Assembly: GCA_040389905.1 (NCBI GenBank)
Contig: JAZJZK010000006.1
Coordinates: forward strand, 52,882 to 116,881
DNA: 64,000 nt
Origin: Gemmatimonadota bacterium
Lineage (GTDB): Bacteria; Gemmatimonadota; Gemmatimonadetes; Gemmatimonadales; Gemmatimonadaceae
Reading direction: 5' to 3'
The notes under the pieces are model-generated. The model was not told where the DNA came from. It ran no database searches and saw nothing but the letters and a program-made list of their open reading frames with translations. This document shows, one piece after another, positions 41,114 through 50,923 of this stretch. The position numbers and the translations under genes were made by a program. Within the stretch, counting starts at the first letter, position 1; each line of letters begins with the position of its first letter.

Positions 41114-41279
41114 GGGCTGGAATCTAACGGCCGGTGATTCCGGCTTGCAGGTGCGGGCGGTGCGCGGCGCATAAAGGCCGGGCGCGCGGCGCGGTCGGCG
41201 TGGACGCAGAGTGGATCTTGCCAAACAGCGCGCTGAGGCGAAGATTGTGCGCTGGTGGGTTTTGAAAACTCACAGTCAG

Positions 41280-41361
41280 TGCGAGAGAGGGGACTCGAAC
41301 CCCTAAGCCTTGCGGCGCCAGATCCTAAGTCTGGTGCGTCTGCCAGTTTCGCCACTCTCGC
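41280..41361 (-). tRNA. tRNA-Leu (anticodon TAG)
   Basis: GCGAGAG acceptor stem, D arm TGGCGAAACTGGCAGACGC, anticodon arm CCAGA-CTTAGGA-TCTGG, long variable arm, T arm GGTTCGAGTCC. CCA not encoded. Confidence 0.96.
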
Positions 41362-41575
41362 GTAGTGTTCTAATTTATGACAGTTGTTGGCATTGCGGTA
41401 GGGTTGACCGATGTGGCACGGAAAGCAAGCTGTTTCATCACCTCCGCAGATGTGCGGTACGGACGCAACACATCTCCTTGGTCTGCCGGTGCGATGCCAG
41501 TTGCGGGAATTCCGTAAGTCGTTGTAGTTCAGGCAGTTAGTAGATTGGCACGCGATGTAAATACTGTTCCTCGGA

Positions 41576-41592
41576 TCGGCACCTGTTTTGCC
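41576..41592 (+). promoter_or_regulatory. sigma-54 (-24/-12) promoter of PEP-CTERM gene 2
   Basis: TCGGCACCTGTTTTGCC is GG-N10-GC with GGCAC and TTGC. Confidence 0.65.
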
Positions 41593-41698
41593 TAGTATGT
41601 GGCCGGAAGGCAGATGACGGTGCTCGTAAGTTGGATGAGTTGTCTGCTCGCCTCCTCACGTAAACCCTGTTCGACCCGCCCATTCCGGAGCTTTGCCC

Positions 41699-42352
41699 AT
41701 GAATAAGATCATCAAGCGCGTGGCATTATTGGCTGCCGTGCTGCTCGCGCCTTCGATGGCGCAGGCGCAGTTGATTGACCAGTCCAATTACGGTAGCGAT
41801 GGCGTTTCTGGCCCGTATACGGGTGTCGGCTACTCCAACACCAGTATGGGTAATGTGTTCTTCGGCCAGTACTTCGTGCCGCAGCAGAACAACATCATCG
41901 GCGCGAGCATCATCCTGTACAACGACGGCACGACTGCAAAGTCGTTCTACCTGGGCACGGAAGTGTACGATGCGACCGATACGTTCGTCACCGACGGCTC
42001 CAACCACTGGACGAATTTCCTCCCAGGCACGTACCTGATCGCGACGGTTCCATTCACGCCGGCACTCGTCACACCAGGCCAGACGTACTATCTGGACTAT
42101 GTCATCCTCAACGATGACTTCAGCTTGTATGACTCTGAGATCCACTACGTCATCGACACGAACGAGCTCTACCCCGATGGCGTGGCGTTCCGCTTCGACA
42201 TGGAGAACAACAATTACTCCGAGAGCGGTGACATGGTGTTCGAGGAGTACTACGAAGGTGCCGCCACGCCGGAGCCAGCCAGCATGGTCCTCTTGGCGAC
42301 GGGTCTGGTCGGAGTGATCGGCGTCGCTCGTCGCCGCCGCAAGCAGGCCTAG
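41699..42352 (+). CDS. PEP-CTERM sorting domain protein
   Basis: Signal MNKIIKRVALLAAVLLAPSMAQA. C-terminal ATPEPASMVLLATGLVGVIGVARRRRK. GGAG SD. Confidence 0.9.
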   Translation: MNKIIKRVALLAAVLLAPSMAQAQLIDQSNYGSDGVSGPYTGVGYSNTSMGNVFFGQYFVPQQNNIIGASIILYNDGTTAKSFYLGTEVYDATDTFVTDGSNHWTNFLPGTYLIATVPFTPALVTPGQTYYLDYVILNDDFSLYDSEIHYVIDTNELYPDGVAFRFDMENNNYSESGDMVFEEYYEGAATPEPASMVLLATGLVGVIGVARRRRKQA

Positions 42353-42427
42353 TCTTCGCAACGGAGCGAGTGATTCCTGGGCAGAACGCTCGCTTGAGTC
42401 GGGCGAACAAGTAGTCGATCAGGGTAC

Positions 42428-42469
42428 ATAACAGGGGCGGCGCCATTCGAATGGCGCCGCCCCTGTTAT
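42428..42469 (+). terminator. Perfect 42-bp palindrome, probable terminator of the PEP-CTERM gene
   Basis: ATAACAGGGGCGGCGCCATTC|GAATGGCGCCGCCCCTGTTAT. Confidence 0.7.
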
Positions 42470-42525
42470 TGCGTCACGAGCGGCGGGCATCCCGAGCGAA
42501 GAGGACGGGGGCGGGCGTCTCTCCC

Positions 42526-42722
42526 GTGAGCTGGAGCACGAGCTGAACGTGAGCTCTGAGCTGCAGCGCGAGCGGGAGCGCGAGCTGTGAGCAATGAGCC
42601 TCTCAGCGCTTGAGCTTGAGCTCAAAGCTCTCGCTCGTGCTCTTGTCGGCTCAATGCTGGAGGCTCAATCTCAAGCGCTTGCTCCCGCTCAAAGCTCACA
42701 TTCAAGCTCGTGCGCTAGCTCA
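42526..42722. repeat. GAGC/GCTC-unit periodic imperfect hairpin
   Basis: Left tgagctggagcacgagctgaacgtgagctctgagc matches the reverse complement of the right arm, tgagctagcgcacgagcttgaatgtgagctttgagc. Confidence 0.75.
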
Positions 42723-42723
42723 A

Positions 42724-42763
42724 AAGCAGAAGGCCCCGCGCAAGAGCGCGGGGCCTTCTGCTT
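42724..42763 (-). terminator. Intrinsic terminator of degP
   Basis: AAGCAGAAGGCCCCGCGC-AAGA-GCGCGGGGCCTTCTGCTT, with a T run on the minus strand. Confidence 0.75.
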
Positions 42764-42821
42764 GAATCCATGCATTCTGCCCCGACCGTGCTTCTTATAG
42801 GTAGAGGTAGAACGCGCGTGC

Positions 42822-44366
42822 CTACTGTACCTGAACCGTTACCGCGCTGGTGCTCGAGCTCCGCAGGTCGTACACCATAAAGGAAACCAGGTCGCCACTC
42901 TTCAGCTTGGAGAGCACGCTTTCGAGGTCCGACGCGCTCCGCAACGCGTGACGCGGACCGGGATTGATGACTTCCAGAAGAATCGTCGCATCGGCCGACA
43001 GCTTCCGATACGCAGGTCCGGTCAAGTTGACATCGCTAACGACGAGGCCTTTCGAGTACGGTTCGGCGAGCTTCGCCTGCGTCACCAGCTCCGCAGACAC
43101 GGGTTCGACGGTGATACCCAGCTTGTCGAACTTGCGGGCACTCGCCGGCTCGGCGTCAGACGGTGCGCGGCCTGACGACGCAACGAGCTGTGTTTCCTCA
43201 GGCGCCTCAGTCAGCTTGACCCGGAAGGTCTTCTTCGAGCCGAACCGCATGACGTCGAAGGGCAGCACCTCTCCAGGCTTGTGACCACGAACAATGCGCT
43301 GGAGCACGGCGACACGGTCCGTCGGCTTGCCGTCAGCAGCGACGATTACATCGCCCGGCTGGATGCCTGCGGCCTTTGCCGCGCTGAAGCCGGAGGGGTC
43401 GAGATTGTAGTCCCGGACGAATACTCCGGTCACCTTGTCCAGCCCCGCGGCCCGCGCATCCTCCGGCGTTGCATCACCGATGGACACGCCAATGACCCCT
43501 CGGCGCACCTTTCCGTAGGCGATCAGGTCGTCCATAACCTGCTTCGCCAACGTCACCGGAATCGCGAATCCATAGCCGGCGTACGTTCCGGTCTGGCTCG
43601 CAATCGCACTGTTGATGCCGATGACCTCACCGCGAATGTTCACCAGCGGGCCACCAGAATTTCCCGGGTTGATCGCCGCATCCGTCTGGATGTAGTCGGT
43701 GATCGCGTAATTTGTGCCGAGCAAGCCGGTCAGCGGGCGACCCTTTGCGCTGATGATGCCGGCGGTCACGGTGAAATCGAGACCGAGGGGGTTGCCGATG
43801 GCGACCACCCACTGGCCGACACGGGATGCGTTGTCATCACCCAGTGCCGCGACGGGCAGGTCCGATCCATCGACCTTGATCACCGCAACATCCGTGGTCG
43901 GGTCGCGACCGATGACCTTCGCGGTAAAGGTGCGCTTGTCGAGTAGCGTAACCGTCACTTTGTTGGCGTCGGCTACGACGTGATTGTTCGTGAGGATGTA
44001 GCCATCTTTCGACACGATGAAACCTGTACCACTGGCATCCTGTGATTCACGAGGAGCCTGCGGCTCGAAATTCCGGAAGAAATCCTCGAGTCCGCCAGGC
44101 GCCTGTCGCTGGATGCGCGGCCGCGCCGTCTGCACACGCTGCGTCTGAATCGAGACGACACTCGGGGTAACGTGATCGGCGATCGCTTCGAACGCATTGC
44201 CCGTTTCAGCAAGGGACTTCACCTCAGCGGAGGCGACTTTCCCCGCTTTGCCATTCTGCGCAAAACCGAATTGGGTGAGGTCGAAACCCGACGCAAACAC
44301 CAGCCCGCACACGAATGCGGTGACGACGGCGGCTGCGAGCCGCGCACGATGAAACCGTGTAGCCAT
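42822..44366 (-). CDS. degP: Do/DegP family periplasmic serine protease
   Basis: TNNHVV, DVAVIK, QTDAAINPGNSGGPL, two PDZ-like domains, N-terminal signal. Confidence 0.9.
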   Translation of the reverse strand: MATRFHRARLAAAVVTAFVCGLVFASGFDLTQFGFAQNGKAGKVASAEVKSLAETGNAFEAIADHVTPSVVSIQTQRVQTARPRIQRQAPGGLEDFFRNFEPQAPRESQDASGTGFIVSKDGYILTNNHVVADANKVTVTLLDKRTFTAKVIGRDPTTDVAVIKVDGSDLPVAALGDDNASRVGQWVVAIGNPLGLDFTVTAGIISAKGRPLTGLLGTNYAITDYIQTDAAINPGNSGGPLVNIRGEVIGINSAIASQTGTYAGYGFAIPVTLAKQVMDDLIAYGKVRRGVIGVSIGDATPEDARAAGLDKVTGVFVRDYNLDPSGFSAAKAAGIQPGDVIVAADGKPTDRVAVLQRIVRGHKPGEVLPFDVMRFGSKKTFRVKLTEAPEETQLVASSGRAPSDAEPASARKFDKLGITVEPVSAELVTQAKLAEPYSKGLVVSDVNLTGPAYRKLSADATILLEVINPGPRHALRSASDLESVLSKLKSGDLVSFMVYDLRSSSTSAVTVQVQ

Positions 44367-44435
44367 ATCTCCTACCTGTCCTTGAGGGTTCGTTCCCTGA
44401 ATAGGGATGGAATTACATCATAATTGTGATGTACA

Positions 44436-44482
44436 CGAACGAGCGCCATACGTTCCCTATAGACACGTACGGCGCTCGTCCG
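44436..44482 (-). terminator. Stem-loop downstream of dnaK
   Basis: 18-bp arms whose two differences become G-U pairs on the minus strand. No U tract. Confidence 0.5.
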
Positions 44483-44506
44483 GTTTCCGCTACGGAGACT
44501 CCGAGG

Positions 44507-46456
44507 TTAGGACTTCTTGTCGTCCACGATCTCGTAGTCGGCTTCGACGACGTCATCCGCCGCCTTCGCCCCGCCGGTGCTGCCACCCGCCGGCTGCGAC
44601 GCCGCATCCGGGCCTGCGCTGCCAGGCGCGTCAGAGGCCGCCTGGCTCTGCGCGTAGAATGACTGCCCGGCCTCTCCGTACGCCTTGCTGAGCTCTTCCT
44701 GTGCCGCCTTGATCTCGCTCAGATCGTCGCCGCGTAGCGCCTTCCGTGCACGCTCGACAGACGACTCGAGACGGGTCTTCATATCGGCCGGAAGCTTCTC
44801 CGACCACTCCTTCGCGTTCTTCTCCACTTCGTACGTCATGGAGTCGAGCCGGTTGCGCGTGTCGATTTCCTCACGGCGCAGCTTGTCGGCATCCGCGTTC
44901 TTTTCCGCATCCTTGACCATCTTTTCGATGTCGGAATCGGAGAGTCCGCTCGACGCCTCGACGCGAATCTTCTGCTCCTTGCCCGTCGCCTTGTCCTTCG
45001 CGGTCACATGCAGGATGCCGTTGGCGTCGATATCGAAGGTGACTTCGACCTGCGGCATGCCGCGCGGTGCGGGTGGAATTCCCGTCAGCTGGAACTTCCC
45101 GATCGTCCGGTTGTCACGAGCGAGCTCGCGCTCGCCCTGGAGGACGTGAATCTCCACCGTCGTCTGATTGTCGTCCGCCGTGCTGAAGGTCTCCGACTTC
45201 TTGGTGGGGATGGTCGTGTTGCGCGCGATGAGCACGGTCGTGACGCCACCCAGGGTCTCGATGCCGAGCGACAGCGGCGTGACGTCGAGCAGGAGCACAT
45301 CCTTCTGCTCGCCCGTGAGCACTGCTCCCTGTACGGCTGCACCGATCGCGACCACCTCATCCGGGTTCACACCCTTGTTCGGATCCTTGCCGAAGAAGCG
45401 ACGGACCTCGTCCTGGATCTTCGGGATACGCGTCGAACCGCCGACGAGCAGGACTTCGTCGATATCCTTTGGCTCGAGGCCGGCATCCTTCAACGCCTTG
45501 CGCATCGGCTCGAGCGTCCGCGTGATCAGGTCATCCACGAGCTGCTCGAACTTGGCGCGGGAGAGCGTGTAGTTCAGGTGCTTCGGGCCGCTCTGGTCGG
45601 CGGTGATGAATGGCAGGTTGATGTCGGTCGAGTTGGTGCTCGAGAGCTCCATCTTGGCCTTCTCCGCCGCCTCCTTGAGGCGCTGGAGGGCCATGGGATC
45701 CTTCGAGAGATCGATGCCCTGATCCTTCTTGAACTCCGCGACGATCCAATCCATCACGCGCTGGTCGAAATCATCTCCGCCGAGGTGCGTGTCACCGTTG
45801 GTGGACTTGACCTCGAACTGGCGTGATCCGTCGACGTCGTACAGCTCGAGGATGGAGATGTCGTACGTACCGCCGCCGAGATCGAACACGGCGACCTTTT
45901 CGTCCTTCTTCTTGTCGAGTCCGTAGGCCAATGCCGCCGCCGTGGGCTCATTGATGATCCGGAGGACGTCGAGGCCCGCGATCTTGCCGGCGTCCTTCGT
46001 GGCCTGGCGCTGCGCATCGTTGAAGTACGCGGGGACGGTGATCACGGCCTTGGTGACGGGCTGGCCGAGGTAGTCTTCCGCGGTCTGCTTCATCTTCTGG
46101 AGGATCATCGCGGAGACTTCGGGTGCGCTATAGCGCTTCCCCTGGACCTCGACGGTGGCCACGTCGTTCTGGCCGCTGTTGACCTTGTACGGAACGCGCT
46201 TCGTCTCTTCCTGGACCTCGTTCATCTTCCGGCCCATGAAGCGCTTGATGGAGAAGACGGTATTGGTCGGGTTGGTGACGGCCTGTCGCTTGGCGACCTG
46301 CCCGACGAGCCGTTCACCATCCTTGGTGAATCCGACGACCGATGGCGTGGTGCGGCCGCCCTCCGCGTTCGGGATGACGACCGGATCACCGCCTTCCATG
46401 ACGGCGACCACGGAATTTGTTGTCCCGAGGTCAATGCCGATGACTTTGTCCGCCAT
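44507..46456 (-). CDS. dnaK: Chaperone DnaK
   Basis: [37 protein letters not shown]. Confidence 0.98.
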   Translation of the reverse strand: MADKVIGIDLGTTNSVVAVMEGGDPVVIPNAEGGRTTPSVVGFTKDGERLVGQVAKRQAVTNPTNTVFSIKRFMGRKMNEVQEETKRVPYKVNSGQNDVATVEVQGKRYSAPEVSAMILQKMKQTAEDYLGQPVTKAVITVPAYFNDAQRQATKDAGKIAGLDVLRIINEPTAAALAYGLDKKKDEKVAVFDLGGGTYDISILELYDVDGSRQFEVKSTNGDTHLGGDDFDQRVMDWIVAEFKKDQGIDLSKDPMALQRLKEAAEKAKMELSSTNSTDINLPFITADQSGPKHLNYTLSRAKFEQLVDDLITRTLEPMRKALKDAGLEPKDIDEVLLVGGSTRIPKIQDEVRRFFGKDPNKGVNPDEVVAIGAAVQGAVLTGEQKDVLLLDVTPLSLGIETLGGVTTVLIARNTTIPTKKSETFSTADDNQTTVEIHVLQGERELARDNRTIGKFQLTGIPPAPRGMPQVEVTFDIDANGILHVTAKDKATGKEQKIRVEASSGLSDSDIEKMVKDAEKNADADKLRREEIDTRNRLDSMTYEVEKNAKEWSEKLPADMKTRLESSVERARKALRGDDLSEIKAAQEELSKAYGEAGQSFYAQSQAASDAPGSAGPDAASQPAGGSTGGAKAADDVVEADYEIVDDKKS

Positions 46457-46795
46457 TGCTTCCTTTTAGTAAGTGTTGTGGGGGGCGGCAGTCTGCCGCG
46501 AACGCCCAAAAGAGGGCAAATACAGGACCTCTAGGACCCGCCAGACTGGCAGAAGATGAGCGGGTGGGACGGTAACGGGCGTGTCACGCTGGCGTACGCT
46601 AGCACGAGCGTGCCAGCTCGGCAGCAGAGTGAACGTTTGCTTGCAGAGGCGCGAAGCGGTGCCGTGGCACACATTTCACAGTGTAACGGTTCAGCGACAT
46701 CGCTCGCAGAACAAGCTGGTTCGTTTGCAGGCCCTTCCGACGGTCGGTATCTTCGTGCTGCACGGCCGTTCATACCTCTGATCCCACACGCGCTC

Positions 46796-47413
46796 ATGCT
46801 GAGCCGCCTCATCCCGCGGGACGAAGAATTCTTTGCGCTGTTCAATCAACTGGCCGACCATCTCCATACAGCGGCCCAACTCGTAAACCAGCTTTTTGCG
46901 GAGCCCGACAATACGACGGAGCTTGTCAAACAGATCAAGGACGTTGAGCATCTGGCGGACGAGCTGACGCATTCCATCAACGTTCGCATCGACAAGAGCT
47001 TCATCACGCCGATCGACCGGGAGGATATCCATGTTCTCGCCTCCCGATTGGATGACGTGATCGACCGGCTCGACGGAACGGCGCGACGGGTGGTGATGAT
47101 GAAGATCAACGAGGTGCGCGAGCCGGCGAAGGAGATGGCGCACGTCATCGTTCAGGCGTCCGAGCACATTGCGAAGGCCGTGCGCTCGATCAAACGGCCG
47201 CGAGAAGTCGCGCTACAGGCCACCGAGATCAAACGGCTCGAGGAACAAGGCGACGCGCTGTATCACGCGGCGGTGGGCGCCTTGTTCGAGGGCACCCCGG
47301 ATCCGCTCGAGGTCATTCGGTGGAAGGAGATCTACGAAACGCTCGAGATAGCGATCGATCAGTGTATGGGCGTCGCGAACGCGGTGCACAGCATCTCCAT
47401 CAAGAATTCGTGA
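46796..47413 (+). CDS. DUF47 (PhoU-like) phosphate transport regulator
   Basis: EHLADE..FITPIDREDI..LDDVID..EEQGD. Directly upstream of PiT. Confidence 0.9.
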   Translation: MLSRLIPRDEEFFALFNQLADHLHTAAQLVNQLFAEPDNTTELVKQIKDVEHLADELTHSINVRIDKSFITPIDREDIHVLASRLDDVIDRLDGTARRVVMMKINEVREPAKEMAHVIVQASEHIAKAVRSIKRPREVALQATEIKRLEEQGDALYHAAVGALFEGTPDPLEVIRWKEIYETLEIAIDQCMGVANAVHSISIKNS

Positions 47414-47423
47414 GCTGATCTCC

Positions 47424-48464
47424 GTGGTCTGGTACGTCATCGCGATCGTAGCGATCGCCTTCATTTTCGATTTTAGTAACGGCTTCCACGATTCGGCGAA
47501 TTCCATTGCCACCATCGTTGGAACGCGCGTTCTCAGCCCGTTTGCCGCGGTCCTTTGGGCTGCGATCTTCAATTTCTCGGCGCTGTTCTTCGGCACCACC
47601 GGTGTGGCGAGTACGGTGGGCAAGGGAATGATTCTCCAGAGCATCGTCGATCCGAATGTGATCCTCGCTGCGTTGCTGGGCGCCATTCTCTGGAACGCGA
47701 TCACCTGGTATTACGGCATTCCGTCGAGCTCGTCGCACGCGCTCATTGGCGCATACGCCGGCTCGGCCATCGCGAAGGCTGGGTTTGTCGGCATCACCTG
47801 GGGCTCGGCGTGGATCAAGACGTTGTCGTTCATCGTGATCTCGCCGTTCGTGGGTTTTTTCGCCGGCTTCATCCTGATGGTCGCGTGCTACTGGCTTTTT
47901 CAGGGAATGAGCGGCAGCAAGGCGGATCGGGTCTTTCGCCCCATGCAACTCTTGTCATCCGCCGCGCTTTCGTATGCGCATGGCGGGAACGACGCGCAGA
48001 AGACGATGGGCATCATCGTCGGACTCCTCGTGGCGAGCAAGAGTTATTTCGCGGCGCAAACGGGAATTCTCCACAACATGTATGTCGAGGACTTCAGCAA
48101 GATTCCACGGTGGGTCGAGGTCGGCGCGTACTCCGCCATTTCCCTGGGCACCCTGTTTGGCGGCTGGCGCATCGTGCATACCATGGGATCGAGGATTACC
48201 AAGCTGAGGCCCATCGGTGGATTCGCTGCGGAAACCGGGGGCGCAATCGCAATTCAGTTGGCCACGCACTGGCACATTCCCGTGAGCACGACGCACACCA
48301 TCACGGGTTCGATCATCGGCGTCGGAGCAACGAAACGACTCTCCGCCGTGCGATGGGGAATCGCCGGGCGCATCGTCTGGGCATGGATTCTGACCATACC
48401 TGCCGCAGGTATCATGGCCGCGATCTCATACATGGTCCTGTCGAGGCTGGTTCAGATTCAGTAG
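47424..48464 (+). CDS. PiT-family inorganic phosphate transporter
   Basis: NGFHDSAN, PSSSSH, GGNDAQK, PVSTTH motifs. Confidence 0.94.
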   Translation: MVWYVIAIVAIAFIFDFSNGFHDSANSIATIVGTRVLSPFAAVLWAAIFNFSALFFGTTGVASTVGKGMILQSIVDPNVILAALLGAILWNAITWYYGIPSSSSHALIGAYAGSAIAKAGFVGITWGSAWIKTLSFIVISPFVGFFAGFILMVACYWLFQGMSGSKADRVFRPMQLLSSAALSYAHGGNDAQKTMGIIVGLLVASKSYFAAQTGILHNMYVEDFSKIPRWVEVGAYSAISLGTLFGGWRIVHTMGSRITKLRPIGGFAAETGGAIAIQLATHWHIPVSTTHTITGSIIGVGATKRLSAVRWGIAGRIVWAWILTIPAAGIMAAISYMVLSRLVQIQ

Positions 48465-48472
48465 AGCATTCC

Positions 48473-50620
48473 GTGACGATTGCGAGTCCGCCAGTACCTG
48501 AGTCACCGTACTTCAATCGCGAGTTGAGTTGGCTCGCGTTCAACGAGCGCGTACTGCGGGAGGCGGCCGATCCGCGCGTGCCGCTGCTCGAGCGACTCAA
48601 GTTTCTCGCGATCTTCAGCTCGAATCTCGACGAGTTCTTCATGGTTCGGGTTGCCGGTCTGCGCCGGCAGGCGGCCGCCAAGGTCACCTCCGCGCCACCG
48701 GATGGGCTTTCGCCCGTCGAGCAGCTCGACGCGATTCGCCGCCGCGTCGACGGACTCCTGTTCGACCAGAGGGCTCTGCTGCACCAACTCCTCGCGGAGT
48801 TGTCGCCGAGGGGCGTGCGGCTGTTGCGGATGAACGAGCTGACGCAGGGAGAGTGTGCCGCGCTCGACGGCGTCTTCGAATCGCAGATTTTCCCGGTGCT
48901 GACGCCGTTGGCGGTGGACCCGGGTCATCCGTTTCCATACCTCTCCAATCTGTCGTTGTCGCTCGCCGTGGAGGTACGTGACCCGGAGCACGGAACCGAT
49001 CACTTCGCACGCGTCAAGGTTCCGAAGTCACTACCGCGCTGGATTCCAATCGCCGGACGGACGAATGCGTTCGTGCCACTGGAGCAGGTGATCGGCGAGA
49101 ATCTGGATGCGCTCTTTCCGGGAATGGACGTTCTCGGATGGCACGCCTTCCGGATCACTCGGTACTCCGATCTGGAAATTCCGAACGCAGAGGAGCCCGA
49201 GGACCTGCTCGCGGAGATCGAGCAGCAGGTGTTCAAGCGCCGCTTCGGTGAAGTGATCCGTCTCGAGGTGCAGGACGACCTTCCGGCGCACATCCGGTCA
49301 CTGCTCCTCGAGGAGCTCAAGGACGACGACGAGCCGGCCATGATGCTCTCGGAGCGCGATGTCGAACAGGCAGGGAACCTGCTCGATCTGAGCGATCTGA
49401 TGTGGCTTGCCTCGCTCGATGTGCCGGAGCTCAAGGATCCTCCCTTCACGCCGAAGACGCCCATCGAGTTACAGGACGGAGGGCGATCGATCTTCGAAGT
49501 GATTCGGGAGCGCGACCTGCTCGTCCACCATCCGTTCGATTCCTTTCCGGCCACTGTCGAGCGATTCCTCGAGACTGCCGCGACGGACGAGCACGTGCTG
49601 GCGATCAAGCTCACGCTCTACCGTACGAGCGGTGACACGGAAATCGTGCGCGCCCTGACGCACGCGGCGCAACGCGGAAAACAGGTCGCCGTGCTCGTCG
49701 AGCTGAAAGCGCGATTCGACGAAGCGAACAACATCACGTGGGCGCGGCAGCTCGAAAGCTTCGGTGTGCACGTCGCGTACGGATCGGCGAACCTGAAGAC
49801 GCACACCAAGATTGCGATGGTCGTGCGTCGCGAGACGGACGGCATCCGCCGCTACATCCATGTCGGAACGGGCAACTACAATTCGAAAACGGCCCGGCAC
49901 TACACCGACATTGGCATCTTCACCTGCAATCCATCCGTGGGCGCAGATGTGAGCGATCTCTTCAACTCGCTTACCGGCTACGCACGGCAGCGATACTATC
50001 GCAAGCTGCTCGTCGCTCCGTCGAACATGAAGGACCGATTCCTCGAGTTGATCAGCCGCGAAGTCTCGCACGCCGAGGCCGGCAAACGCGCACGCATCGT
50101 GGCGAAAATGAACTCGCTCGTGGACGCTGAAATCATCGATGCGCTCTATCGCGCCTCGCAAGCGGGCGTCGACGTGGACCTCATCATTCGCGGCATCTGT
50201 TGTTTGCGGCCGCGCGTCGAAGGGCTGAGTGATCGCATCCGTGTCGTCAGCGTCATCGGGCGATTCCTTGAACATTCTCGGCTCTTCTACTTCCAGAACA
50301 ACGGCGCGCCGGAGTACTACATCGGCTCGGCGGATTGGATGCCCCGGAATTTCATCCGCCGAGTCGAGGCGATCGTCCCCATCGAAGATCCCGCGCTGCA
50401 CGAGCGATTGGACAGCCTGGTCGACACGCTGCTCAACGACAACCGTCAGGCGTGGGATCTTCACGGCAACGGCACGTGGGTGCAGCGTCGCCCGGACGGT
50501 CCCGAGAGCGCCACGCACACGATACTGCTCACCGACTCATGGGGGCATTCCGGAAGCAGCCGTCAGCTCGAGGGGGCGTTCGCCGACACACGCTCCTATG
50601 CGGAGCGAAGCGGCGAGTAG
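48473..50620 (+). CDS. ppk1: Polyphosphate kinase 1
   Basis: YFNRELSWLAFN, SSNLDEFFMVRV, HHPF, ELKARFDEANN, GTGNYN, RFLEHSR, SADWM. GTG start at 48473. Confidence 0.97.
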   Translation: MTIASPPVPESPYFNRELSWLAFNERVLREAADPRVPLLERLKFLAIFSSNLDEFFMVRVAGLRRQAAAKVTSAPPDGLSPVEQLDAIRRRVDGLLFDQRALLHQLLAELSPRGVRLLRMNELTQGECAALDGVFESQIFPVLTPLAVDPGHPFPYLSNLSLSLAVEVRDPEHGTDHFARVKVPKSLPRWIPIAGRTNAFVPLEQVIGENLDALFPGMDVLGWHAFRITRYSDLEIPNAEEPEDLLAEIEQQVFKRRFGEVIRLEVQDDLPAHIRSLLLEELKDDDEPAMMLSERDVEQAGNLLDLSDLMWLASLDVPELKDPPFTPKTPIELQDGGRSIFEVIRERDLLVHHPFDSFPATVERFLETAATDEHVLAIKLTLYRTSGDTEIVRALTHAAQRGKQVAVLVELKARFDEANNITWARQLESFGVHVAYGSANLKTHTKIAMVVRRETDGIRRYIHVGTGNYNSKTARHYTDIGIFTCNPSVGADVSDLFNSLTGYARQRYYRKLLVAPSNMKDRFLELISREVSHAEAGKRARIVAKMNSLVDAEIIDALYRASQAGVDVDLIIRGICCLRPRVEGLSDRIRVVSVIGRFLEHSRLFYFQNNGAPEYYIGSADWMPRNFIRRVEAIVPIEDPALHERLDSLVDTLLNDNRQAWDLHGNGTWVQRRPDGPESATHTILLTDSWGHSGSSRQLEGAFADTRSYAERSGE

Positions 50621-50650
50621 GGGTGCTCGGACCCGCAGCACAGCAAAAGC

Positions 50651-50830
50651 TTTACCGCAGAGGACGCAGGGGCCATGCGCACCCTGAGCAAGCCCCGACG
50701 CGCCGGACCGCAAAGGATCGCAGAGGACTACCAGAACCCCAACTCCTTTCCGTAGTCCTTTGCGCCCCTCTGCGGTCCGGCGCACAGATGTGTGCACGGA
50801 GGGCAGAACCTTTGCGTCCTCTGCGGTAAA
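50651..50830. repeat. Self-nested CCGCAGAGG-type REP-like hairpin
   Basis: Perfect 18-bp outer arms TTTACCGCAGAGGACGCA / TGCGTCCTCTGCGGTAAA. Inner 32-nt arms 50700-50731 / 50752-50783 of the same family. Confidence 0.9.
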
Positions 50831-50923
50831 CTTTGCAGTTGCTGTTCGGCTAGCGCCAATCGAAAGCTGGGAACCGTGGCCTGCGCGTTTTTGACGCTAG
50901 TGACCCGTATTGCGACTCGGACG

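Noticed and set aside
41280..42352. Genomic island at tRNA-Leu
   Set aside because: No integrase and no duplicated tRNA 3' end were seen. The PEP-CTERM gene lies on the tRNA 5' side.
42419..42800. Small ORFs over the GAGC repeat (also 31762-31968 over the GGGC repeat)
   Set aside because: These are low-complexity translations of DNA repeats, with no SD support seen.
46600..46618. Possible CIRCE or sigma-54 site upstream of dnaK (CTGGCACGCTCGTGCTAG on minus strand)
   Set aside because: GG-to-GC spacing is 9 rather than 10, and the palindrome spacer is too short for CIRCE.
46660..46705. Pho box upstream of DUF47-PiT-ppk1
   Set aside because: Only weak half-sites were found, with no convincing 11-bp direct repeat.
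47555..48472. 306-aa N-terminal extension of ppk1 in the ORF track
   Set aside because: It overlaps PiT in another frame. PPK homology begins just after GTG 48473.
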